IMG/VR virus record: IMGVR_UViG_3300020171_000017
Span: 48,685-112,684 of that record
From: a virus
Lineage: Duplodnaviria; Heunggongvirae; Uroviricota; Caudoviricetes
DNA: 64,000 nucleotides
Reading direction: 5' to 3' (one strand)
Numbering within the stretch: position 1 is the first letter of the stretch; every line of letters begins with the position of its first letter. The position numbers were made by a program, and so were the translations under genes. The notes under the pieces are model-generated. The model saw nothing but the letters and a program-made list of their open reading frames with translations. It did not search any database and had not been told where the DNA came from. Positions 56,056-64,000 of this stretch are shown here, in pieces.

Positions 56056-56306
56056 TTATTCACCTTAAAATTTCTCAACCATGACCTTAAATCATTCAAC
56101 TCACGCATAAAACCGTTAATCGAACAATTATCGCCGCAGTTATAGTAATCGGCTACATATTGATTAACTATTACATCATCCTCAACACTAAAAACAAACA
56201 GAGCCCGATCTGGATCTATCAGATCAGGCTCTAGACGTTCTATTTTTAGATTATATTTTGCTTTTAAAAATGCGGAAAGGTTAAGGTCGGAAGTTTTGAA
56301 TACCAT
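56052..56306 (-). CDS. hypothetical protein (84 aa)
   Basis: small ORF. Confidence 0.35.
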   Translation of the reverse strand: MVFKTSDLNLSAFLKAKYNLKIERLEPDLIDPDRALFVFSVEDDVIVNQYVADYYNCGDNCSINGFMRELNDLRSWLRNFKVNK

Positions 56307-56375
56307 AGCATTTTACTCGTTTCTTTTTTACTCGTTAATTACTAACTAAAAGTATATCTTACTGCGAGTATAGTG

Positions 56376-56699
56376 TCAAGGCATAGTTTCTTCGGTTTTA
56401 GGCGTTTCTGGCGCGTTTGGGGCTTGTTTTTGGCTATTATTCTGTAACGTGGCGAGTTGCATATGCAGGTTGTTAACTTCATTTTTTAATACGGCGATAT
56501 CGGAAGATAAATTAGTATTATCTTCAAGTATCTTGTTATATGCATCAATCACTTCATCCAGCTTAAGCACAATGTCCTTAATATTAATCTCAAGGTAATC
56601 TTTATCCACCACTTTTATAGTATGGCTAAAGTAGATAAGGTTACCTGTCATTAAGTTAATACGGTAGTAACTTGATTCCTTATTTATTAATTTATCCAT
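56376..56699 (-). CDS. coiled-coil protein (107 aa)
   Basis: heptad-rich, Q/N/L-rich. Confidence 0.35.
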   Translation of the reverse strand: MDKLINKESSYYRINLMTGNLIYFSHTIKVVDKDYLEINIKDIVLKLDEVIDAYNKILEDNTNLSSDIAVLKNEVNNLHMQLATLQNNSQKQAPNAPETPKTEETMP

Positions 56700-56840
56700 T
56701 TTTTTACTCCTTTTATATATATATTTTATTTTATTAATTAATTATTATTATTATATATATCCTTTTTCTTAAAAGGCTTTTCAGCTTACACCTCTAGACA
56801 CTCAGAAGCGTGCACTTTTTACAACTATTTTTAACGAACC

Positions 56841-57563
56841 TTAATCGCTAGTCGTAATATCCTCTACCGCCAGATCGTCAGCGGTCAGGTCTACTTTTTT
56901 ACCCTGCATGTTTTTATAAATCACCTCAGCCCATTCTTTTTCGGCCTTAGTTGTTTCGCGAATCTGTATAACGTCGAGATAATAGGCGTCGCCTTTCGGA
57001 TAGCGTTTGAGTTTCGGCGATACCTTCCAGATAAAATACCAAAACGGTTTTCTTGGCAGTGTGTTTTCCACGCTCATGTTCAGTTTCAACGCGGCCTGAG
57101 CCGAAGTTTTCATGAAACTGAGTATTGTAGGTATGATTACTGAACCTACTTCAACAGGTTGAATAGTCAAATAATTGTATATAGTATTACATATCGGTGG
57201 TTTATTATTGGTCCATTTAGCATTACCACATTCTTTACATTTCGTGCCGTCTGAACCGGTCTGCCAATCGTTTGATCGGCATAATGGCGCGCCGCCGCGA
57301 TTATCAGTATCGAACATGATACGTGTTTTGTGTAAGGTAATAGGCATAAACTCTATAGATTCGAGTTCAACGCCGCTTAAGTTATGCTTAATTTTACCAG
57401 CCTTAGTTTCTTGGGATTTAACTTCGGCGGAAGTGTCTTGCAGTAAGCGCCAACGCGCTAGCTGTATATCTTCACTACCGATCTCTTCGGTACCTGGTGC
57501 TGGCTTCATCATCTCGGCTAAATCTGTCAGGATGATAGATTTTACATTTTCATCTTTACTCAT
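56841..57563 (-). CDS. hypothetical protein with Cys4 cluster (240 aa)
   Basis: CRSNDW...CKECGN...CN. Confidence 0.4.
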   Translation of the reverse strand: MSKDENVKSIILTDLAEMMKPAPGTEEIGSEDIQLARWRLLQDTSAEVKSQETKAGKIKHNLSGVELESIEFMPITLHKTRIMFDTDNRGGAPLCRSNDWQTGSDGTKCKECGNAKWTNNKPPICNTIYNYLTIQPVEVGSVIIPTILSFMKTSAQAALKLNMSVENTLPRKPFWYFIWKVSPKLKRYPKGDAYYLDVIQIRETTKAEKEWAEVIYKNMQGKKVDLTADDLAVEDITTSD

Positions 57564-57745
57564 ATTGACCTCCCTTTTTGGTGGTACGGTTTTTTTTCTA
57601 CATATTGAGATAGAGCTTCGTTAATAAAATATTTCAACGGTTGGCGTTTTTGGGTGGATTGAAATGCTTTAAATTGGATATCTAATAATCTTTCATATAA
57701 TGGGAAAGGTATCCGTGTAATAATTTGTTGTAATTTTGTAGTCAT
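57560..57745 (-). CDS. small protein (61 aa)
   Basis: small ORF. Confidence 0.3.
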   Translation of the reverse strand: MTTKLQQIITRIPFPLYERLLDIQFKAFQSTQKRQPLKYFINEALSQYVEKKPYHQKGRSI

Positions 57746-57864
57746 AATTAAAATAAATAAATAGAGTTGTTGAACATACCTAGAAGAAATTTTACCTTAA
57801 AAAACTATACTTGTCAAGTCTTTTTTCACATATTTTTTGCTGAAAGCAAAGTTTTGTATCTTTT

Positions 57865-58170
57865 TTAAAAGAACCAAAAGGAAAAGTTATCGATCCATTT
57901 TATGCCTTTGCCGTTATTCACTAATTTCCAATTAAAATTAATAAAAATTAATATGCCATAAAAAACAATAAAAGATAAAAATAAAGCAATAAAAGTAAGT
58001 ATAATTCCCAAAACGCCCCTAAACCAACAAAAAAACAAACTTGCAGTTGCTGGAATTGGCAATATTTTAGTAAAAAATGTTTGACCGATAAAATAAGGCA
58101 GATAAACTATGGTGCTGATTTCAACGATTTTCATAAAGGTTACTAAAAGTATTTTATTAAGCAGTTTCAT
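57865..58170 (-). CDS. membrane protein (101 aa)
   Basis: three hydrophobic helices. Confidence 0.35.
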   Translation of the reverse strand: MKLLNKILLVTFMKIVEISTIVYLPYFIGQTFFTKILPIPATASLFFCWFRGVLGIILTFIALFLSFIVFYGILIFINFNWKLVNNGKGIKWIDNFSFWFF

Positions 58171-58305
58171 TTTCTTCCTCCTTAATTTTTTTTACAATTG
58201 CCGATAAATTCGAAAGAAATGTTTCTTTTGTAATATTTTTCATTAAAAAATCAGTTGACATAGAAATAAGAAGTTCGGCATATTTATTTAATTTTTTAGG
58301 GTCTT

Positions 58306-58587
58306 TCATTTTTCTCTCCTTAACTTTTCTTCTATTATTTCAATTGCGTCTTGCAAATCGCTTAATGAAAATTGTTTGTTTATTATTCCGTCATAAAGGT
58401 GATCAACTATCGCATGAAAACAAAGATTATTTAAATATTTATTTTCTAAATGTTCTTCAGGCGTATTTTCTTGCAGTTGTTTTTCTAATACTTTAATCCT
58501 TTCTTCAGCTTTGCAAAGGCAGCAATTATCCGGATAAAGTTGGTGCAGCATGATATGTTGATTAATATTTAATGCTTTAGTGGACAT
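58306..58587 (-). CDS. hypothetical protein (93 aa)
   Basis: small ORF. Confidence 0.3.
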   Translation of the reverse strand: MSTKALNINQHIMLHQLYPDNCCLCKAEERIKVLEKQLQENTPEEHLENKYLNNLCFHAIVDHLYDGIINKQFSLSDLQDAIEIIEEKLRREK

Positions 58588-58770
58588 TTAATAATCACCT
58601 CCTATAGCATTTAATTCTTTTTTTATTTCAGCAAATAATTGATTTAATTTAATTATACTAACATCTTTACCGCAGTTACAGATCCATTTGAATTTAGAAT
58701 TTTTATGCAGATTTTCCATAGTAGAAATATTTATCTTACACTTTGGACAATTTAACTTTCTATCTTGCAT
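58588..58770 (-). CDS. zinc-ribbon protein (60 aa)
   Basis: CPKC...CNCG. Confidence 0.3.
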   Translation of the reverse strand: MQDRKLNCPKCKINISTMENLHKNSKFKWICNCGKDVSIIKLNQLFAEIKKELNAIGGDY

Positions 58771-58988
58771 TTTTGCATCTCCATTTCTATTTTTCTTAAA
58801 TCCCTTCTTTTCACCGCGATTAAAAATATATCGGTATTGTCGTCTTGAACATGGTGAAAGAACACAGGTTCTTCAGGCGTAATTTTTTCAAAATACATAA
58901 AATCATCCATCGGCACACAGCCGCCGCATTGATGTGGAAGGATTTTAACACTGTTCATAAAATTTTTAATCTGGTCAAATAGTTTCAT
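58752..58988 (-). CDS. hypothetical protein (78 aa)
   Basis: small ORF. Confidence 0.3.
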   Translation of the reverse strand: MKLFDQIKNFMNSVKILPHQCGGCVPMDDFMYFEKITPEEPVFFHHVQDDNTDIFLIAVKRRDLRKIEMEMQKCKIES

Positions 58989-59303
58989 TTTTTATCTCCT
59001 TTCTGCCGTTTACTTTTAGCTAAACAATAACATTCTTTATTGCAGTACTTAATTTGTCTAGCTATAGATTTAAGCACTATACGCCTTTTAGTTTTATGGC
59101 AATATTGGCATTTAAAAGTTACTAAGATTTTTTTGCAAGGGAACATGGGTAGAATGCAGCTTAATCGCTTGAAGCTATTTTTTCGCCGGTTTCGCCGTAA
59201 ATTTTAGCTTCGCGGTAAGAGAAAGTTTCACTGCATACAGTTGTGTTAGTCACATCTACAAAAGATTTATCGCCAAACCATATAACAACTTTATTGTTAC
59301 TGC

Positions 59304-59522
59304 TCATTTTTTCCTCCTAAACTTATTTTTGAAAGGGATTACTTCGAATCTTCTAAACAAAAACCCAGTATTTTTATTATTAACAATTTCGAACATTTCT
59401 TGATCACTGAACTTCAAAGCCGTAATGCCATAAACTTTATTACCGGCAGTAACCCAATCGTTGCAATATTGCATAATAATTACTTTTTTACCTTTATTCT
59501 TGCCTCGCAGGACGGTTGCCAT
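59304..59522 (-). CDS. hypothetical protein (72 aa)
   Basis: small ORF. Confidence 0.3.
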   Translation of the reverse strand: MATVLRGKNKGKKVIIMQYCNDWVTAGNKVYGITALKFSDQEMFEIVNNKNTGFLFRRFEVIPFKNKFRRKK

Positions 59523-59525
59523 AAG

Positions 59526-59987
59526 TTATTTCTCCTCACTTAAAATAGAATTACCCGCGGGATAATAAGTATAAACATTTTTAAACTTTTCTCTAATTTC
59601 TTTTGTATCTATCGGGACATAACTACAAATAGCAAAAATCTCGTCGGTATCTTTTTTATCCCAAAGATTTAAATAAAATTTAATACTGCAATAAAGATGT
59701 TCTGTGTTTGTTAGTTTTAGTCTTTTATTTGTAGAGCTATCAACCCCAATATATTGTTTGTGATTTATAAAATAATATGATTGCAAGGCACAACAACATC
59801 CTAAATCAATAACCGTATAATGTTTTGGTATTAATAAAGATAAATAATAATAAGTTTCTACAAACCCTAAGAAAGATTCGTCTATTTCACATTTATCTTG
59901 TTTAAAAATTTCTTTTAATTGTTTTGGATATTCTTTTTTTAAATTAGATAATAATTTCGCATTAATTTTTTCAAAATGAACACTCAT
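59526..59987 (-). CDS. hypothetical protein (153 aa)
   Basis: ORF. Confidence 0.4.
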   Translation of the reverse strand: MSVHFEKINAKLLSNLKKEYPKQLKEIFKQDKCEIDESFLGFVETYYYLSLLIPKHYTVIDLGCCCALQSYYFINHKQYIGVDSSTNKRLKLTNTEHLYCSIKFYLNLWDKKDTDEIFAICSYVPIDTKEIREKFKNVYTYYPAGNSILSEEK

Positions 59988-60169
59988 TTATTTTCCTTTC
60001 TACATTTTATTAATCATCCAACCATCACCATCGCAAGTAGGACAAGAACAAAGCCTATCAGTAGTAGAATTAGACGCATTTATCGGTAACCATCCGCCAT
60101 GTTCGGTAATTTTTATTTGGCCTTCGCCATTACAAGTAGGACATTTATAGATCTTCATTTTTTTATCTT

Positions 60170-60391
60170 CTATATCTCGTACTTTGTATTACCTTCCTTA
60201 TCTACCATCATTCGCAACTCAACACCAGGCAGGCCGCTTAACACCGCAACAGCTTTGCCGTAAGACGTGATTATAAACACCTTACCCATAGAGACTTGTG
60301 TTATTATCTCACCAGGCCGGCAGCGCAGTTCCATCATCGTAATTTGTTCTTGTTTATCTTTTAAAACTTTTTCTTCATCTAATCGTTTCAC
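60170..60391 (-). CDS. hypothetical protein (73 aa)
   Basis: small ORF. Confidence 0.3.
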   Translation of the reverse strand: MKRLDEEKVLKDKQEQITMMELRCRPGEIITQVSMGKVFIITSYGKAVAVLSGLPGVELRMMVDKEGNTKYEI

Positions 60392-60451
60392 TTTACCTCC
60401 TTTGTTTTATATATTAAATTATCACGCATTAATCCTTCCGAAATATAAGTC

Positions 60452-60655
60452 TTAATTATTTTTTTGATTAATGCGTATACTCGCATAATCATCTGAAAGT
60501 TCAAAACCACTTTCATTTTTTATAAATAAACCTTTTTCTTTAGATTCTTTTATAAACAATTTTAATAATTCCTGTTTAACATCATAGCCATGCTCACCAG
60601 CGTAAAGTTCAAGATATGGTTCTCCATTAGTGTTGATTTTCAATTCTATTTTCAT
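60452..60655 (-). CDS. hypothetical protein (67 aa)
   Basis: small ORF. Confidence 0.3.
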   Translation of the reverse strand: MKIELKINTNGEPYLELYAGEHGYDVKQELLKLFIKESKEKGLFIKNESGFELSDDYASIRINQKNN

Positions 60656-60861
60656 TTTTTAGCTCCTTTTGTTAGTTTCTGGTAAACAATCCGCATATCT
60701 TTATTTAAATTCAACCTTAAACACTTAACATGCACCTGTTCGGCTTCTGCGTTAAAACCGTCTTGCGTGCCGTCGATAGCGATTAAGGTAACTTCGCCGT
60801 CATCGTTAGTGTTGCAGATAAAACATTTTCCTTCTTTGTTGATATTATCGAAGATTTTCAT
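60652..60861 (-). CDS. hypothetical protein (69 aa)
   Basis: small ORF. Confidence 0.3.
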   Translation of the reverse strand: MKIFDNINKEGKCFICNTNDDGEVTLIAIDGTQDGFNAEAEQVHVKCLRLNLNKDMRIVYQKLTKGAKK

Positions 60862-61066
60862 TTTTCTCCTTTTCTAAATTTAAAATAAACTCTGATAATT
60901 TATTTAAGAATTGCCAATCGTCTAAATCATAAATACTTTTATTTGTTTTAAAGTTACAATGATCAAATCTATTATCGATAAATACAATAGTCGCGTGCCT
61001 ACTATAATCTTTTTCGTCTAATTTAAAATAAAATTCTTTTGTTATTCTGTTAGGTTTTGTAGGCAT
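60845..61066 (-). CDS. hypothetical protein (73 aa)
   Basis: small ORF. Confidence 0.3.
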   Translation of the reverse strand: MPTKPNRITKEFYFKLDEKDYSRHATIVFIDNRFDHCNFKTNKSIYDLDDWQFLNKLSEFILNLEKEKNENLR

Positions 61067-61081
61067 ATTTATTTCTCCTTT

Positions 61082-61285
61082 CTATTTCGTCACCCAAAAT
61101 ACAGGGTAATATCCTTTTGCCATCGCGTCATTTAATTCTTCTTCTTGATCTTTAGTCAATTCTATTTCACCATTAAACGTCGTACCGCTATGAAAATCGC
61201 CTAAAGTCAAATCTATGCCATTAGCAGTAGAATAGACACTTTCACCATTTTTCTGCCAATCTTCGAAAACTAATTTAATTTTCAT
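61082..61285 (-). CDS. hypothetical protein (67 aa)
   Basis: small ORF. Confidence 0.3.
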   Translation of the reverse strand: MKIKLVFEDWQKNGESVYSTANGIDLTLGDFHSGTTFNGEIELTKDQEEELNDAMAKGYYPVFWVTK

Positions 61286-61321
61286 GATTAATAACTCCTT
61301 TCTATTTTAGGAAATATATTA

Positions 61322-61816
61322 TTAAATATCAAACAATGATTTTAATTTTTTTTCTACTGTAACAATAGTATCATTTTTACTTCCACCATGAGGCACTAAT
61401 AAAATTTCCAACATTTCAAATCCTCTGTTTTTTCCTAACCCCATTGAGTTCCAGCCAAAACAAATTGCTATACCTCCAGGTTTTAATATTCTCACAATTT
61501 CATTTTTACAATCTGCCCAATATTTCATAGAACCAAATTCTTTTTTACCATACATTTTTGCTTGAGTAATTGAATATGGCGGATCATATAAACAACCATT
61601 ATAATAATTACTTGTTTGAAATTTTAAAAAACGTAAAGCATCAAAATTATACCCCGCTTTTTCTATAATATCATTAGTTACTTTCGCGGGAGAATTTCTG
61701 CCTGCAAAGGGATCACACCATATTCCTTCCATACAATAACGGTTTAATAATTTTTTAATTGGTTTAATCGTAAATGTCCAACGATTTGGCATTGCCCATA
61801 TTCTATTTATTTGCAT
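61322..61816 (-). CDS. DNA methyltransferase (beta-class order: FxGxG then DPPY)
   Basis: WCDPFAGRNS ... LYDPPYSI motifs; 164 aa. Confidence 0.6.
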   Translation of the reverse strand: MQINRIWAMPNRWTFTIKPIKKLLNRYCMEGIWCDPFAGRNSPAKVTNDIIEKAGYNFDALRFLKFQTSNYYNGCLYDPPYSITQAKMYGKKEFGSMKYWADCKNEIVRILKPGGIAICFGWNSMGLGKNRGFEMLEILLVPHGGSKNDTIVTVEKKLKSLFDI

Positions 61817-61875
61817 TATTTTTTTTGTAATCTGTATCTTTTTTTTAATTCAATATCTGTTAAATTAAAATCCAT

Positions 61876-62175
61876 TTAATAACTCCTTTCTAATGAAGCT
61901 ATCGTTGCCTCATTCATTCTACAATTATAACATAGGCATTTGCAGTTGTATTCAACACAAAACTTAACTTCTTTATCACTATGGCAATTGTCGCAAAGTT
62001 TAGTTTTTAACTTTAAGCAATCGTCGCAATGGCCGTGTTTAATTGATTCAGGGCAAACAGGCAGTTCTTTTAAATCTGTTTTTTTAACTTTGTTACCACA
62101 GAATTGGCAGAAATTAGAATAATTAGGCAGAATTTTATTGCATTTTGAACAAACGTAAGCGGTAGGATTACGCAT
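61876..62175 (-). CDS. Cys-rich zinc-finger protein (99 aa)
   Basis: multiple CxxC pairs. Confidence 0.35.
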   Translation of the reverse strand: MRNPTAYVCSKCNKILPNYSNFCQFCGNKVKKTDLKELPVCPESIKHGHCDDCLKLKTKLCDNCHSDKEVKFCVEYNCKCLCYNCRMNEATIASLERSY

Positions 62176-62334
62176 TTTTATTTTTCCTTTTTTAATTCAA
62201 CATCACTTAAACTAAAATCCATAATAGCACCGCTTTCTTTTAATCTAACCGTGACTCAGAAGACAGATCTATGGATTACCCTACCAGTTAAAATCACAAT
62301 ATCATCTTTTTTAATTTCTTTTGGCATTTTTATT

Positions 62335-62568
62335 TTAATCGTAAACAAATCTGCATTTAACAACCACTTCTTGTCCTTTTTCAAAAGAATGATATCCTGC
62401 TATAATATAAGATCCTTTATCTGTAACAACTAACATTTTATTTGATTCATTAAAAGCTGTTGGTATTGGTGTTACACTAATAAATTTTCCAAGGTTACAT
62501 TCAAGATCTTTAAAAGAACAACTACTCAATAAAAATACGATTAATATAATCAACATTATTTTTTTCAT
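62335..62568 (-). CDS. lipoprotein (77 aa)
   Basis: signal peptide + lipobox LLSSC. Confidence 0.4.
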   Translation of the reverse strand: MKKIMLIILIVFLLSSCSFKDLECNLGKFISVTPIPTAFNESNKMLVVTDKGSYIIAGYHSFEKGQEVVVKCRFVYD

Positions 62569-62728
62569 TTTTATCCTTTCTTAATTAGTAAGGCAGTGTT
62601 GGTAGTTGATCTGCGAATAAACGAATAGATTTATTAGCTCTTGGTGCTAACTTCACCATTTTGTATAGGCATTTTAATCCAACATTTTATTCAGGTTATC
62701 ACACCACAACACCGCCTTATTACCTTTT

Positions 62729-62953
62729 CTAGATTAAACTTTTCTCGTCGATTTCTTCGATTTCAACTAAAGCTAATTGCCTTTGATACTCTAAAATAGA
62801 TTTTTGTGCGGTTGCAATGTATGTTTGCTGGGCAATAATTCCTTGAAGTATAGATTTTATTCTTGTTTTCACTTGAGCTTCTTTTTCCGCTCTTAATTCA
62901 GCGATTACCTCATTTTTTAATTCATAAAAAAAACGGCAAGGAAACTCACACAT
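62729..62953 (-). CDS. coiled-coil protein (74 aa)
   Basis: small ORF. Confidence 0.3.
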   Translation of the reverse strand: MCEFPCRFFYELKNEVIAELRAEKEAQVKTRIKSILQGIIAQQTYIATAQKSILEYQRQLALVEIEEIDEKSLI

Positions 62954-64000
62954 TTATGTGTGTAGAGGAATTGCCGTCCTCCAATAATTATAAGAAAGAA
63001 ATACTAAATCCTTCTTATCTATGTTTTGAGATAATCGTTCTCCTGTCTCTAATTTATGGACACTTAATTTATTATTACTACTGCCTCCGACATAACAAAC
63101 ACCGTATTTAGCGTGTGTTACAAGACTGCCTCGTTTTAGTCCAAGTGACATTGTACTACCGTAATTTTTTCTTATGCCTCCTTTCGAGAAATTAAAATAA
63201 TGAAGTTGTCTCCTATGAAACTGGAGAGGGATTAATCTTGTAATTTCTTTGTTCTCTGGAATAGTATTACCACGCGCCAAACTCCAAGCTAACGCCCAAG
63301 AATCCACATTGTGCGCGGAAAAAACTTCAGCTGATTTATTCCCTGTTTTTACAAGCCCTAGTTCCTCCCTTATTAAATATGTATCATAACCAGATTTCAA
63401 TTCTACTTTCGCAATTTTCGCGAGTTCGTTATAGAACCACTTTTTACCTACTTCTAAAGGAGAAAAAGATATGTTCCATCTTTTAGCATTCTTAAATGTA
63501 GTTGCTTTTATATCTTCTATTACGAATATCTTGATAGGAAATAACTTCGCGAGAATGACCGTAATCCTTAATTTCGCCTGCCATCGTGCTTTTGTGCTAG
63601 GCGCTAAAAAAGTTGTTTTCGATCTGTTGCTTTTGTTTTTTCTACATGGTGTAGTCCTATTTCTTCTTGTTCTTCTCGCATTTCTCCTTATTTCTACTGA
63701 TTTTTTTACCCATGAAACAGAGTTACTTAAAACATTCAAGTAAGTATGTAATTCTGATTTCACCGTGAATGCTTCTCTTTTGCTGCCAGGATCGATCCCT
63801 ACCACAATGTCCTGCATTACACCATCAGTACGCTGGATTAGTTTGATATAAAAAATCCCTGCTTTGAAACGGCGTTTCGCTTTGTTCTTTTTTATCAGTT
63901 CGTTCGCGCGATAATTCGTAGTCGGCATCAATGGTTTCCCTGTCGCGCTGATTACTGGTACAAACTTCTGCATTTGTTACTCCTTACTATTTAGTTAAGT
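62920..64000 (-). mobile_element. IsrB-type IS element, copy B (truncated by window end)
   Basis: 339-aa ORF ~94% identical to copy A; same 3' hairpin with compensatory change (ACGGCAA/TTGCCGT vs ACGACAA/TTGTCGT); upstream 27 nt match copy A leader. Confidence 0.55.
62954..63973 (-). CDS. isrB: IsrB-like protein, copy B
   Basis: GKPLMPT, VVGIDPGSK, RRNARRTRRNR; 339 aa. Confidence 0.6.
   Translation of the reverse strand: MQKFVPVISATGKPLMPTTNYRANELIKKNKAKRRFKAGIFYIKLIQRTDGVMQDIVVGIDPGSKREAFTVKSELHTYLNVLSNSVSWVKKSVEIRRNARRTRRNRTTPCRKNKSNRSKTTFLAPSTKARWQAKLRITVILAKLFPIKIFVIEDIKATTFKNAKRWNISFSPLEVGKKWFYNELAKIAKVELKSGYDTYLIREELGLVKTGNKSAEVFSAHNVDSWALAWSLARGNTIPENKEITRLIPLQFHRRQLHYFNFSKGGIRKNYGSTMSLGLKRGSLVTHAKYGVCYVGGSSNNKLSVHKLETGERLSQNIDKKDLVFLSYNYWRTAIPLHT

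Noticed and set aside
1-64000. Alternative genetic code / stop-codon recoding (as in some large phages)
   Set aside because: ORFs terminate cleanly with all three stop codons and gene packing is tight under the standard code; the single UAG-anticodon tRNA decodes CUA (Leu), not a stop

Overview
Phage (Caudoviricetes) genome region, AT-rich with strong Shine-Dalgarno sites. Three blocks: (1) a plus-strand structural/tail module (1-20.6 kb) with tail assembly chaperones carrying a -1 frameshift site, a tape measure protein, an HNH endonuclease fused to seven Cys-rich repeats, tail fibre genes and a holin/spanin lysis cassette; (2) a minus-strand tRNA array (21.3-30.4 kb) with about 20 tRNA or tRNA-like genes and a tmRNA-like gene. 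They are interleaved with a CCA-adding enzyme, a Pol-beta-type nucleotidyltransferase, Cys- and HAD-type phosphatases and HNH/GIY-YIG homing endonucleases, which looks like a tRNA supply/repair module; (3) a minus-strand replication/DNA-modification block (30.5-64 kb) with a DnaN clamp, RuvC-like resolvase, GroES, primase-polymerase/helicase, a PLD-family nuclease, four DNA methyltransferases and many small ORFs. Two near-identical IsrB-type (HNH-less IscB, PLMP + split RuvC) IS200/IS605-family elements flank the last ~20 kb in direct orientation. One (copy A) has a complete upstream non-coding region that could encode the omega-RNA. A triplicated intergenic element (9-bp hairpin followed by a ~70-nt CA-rich tract with repeated CCTCACC) and a ~170-bp inverted repeat with poly-T core are unexplained by the annotation. 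Everything is read from sequence by eye; tRNA folds and protein families are manual motif calls and need tRNAscan/Infernal/HMM confirmation.
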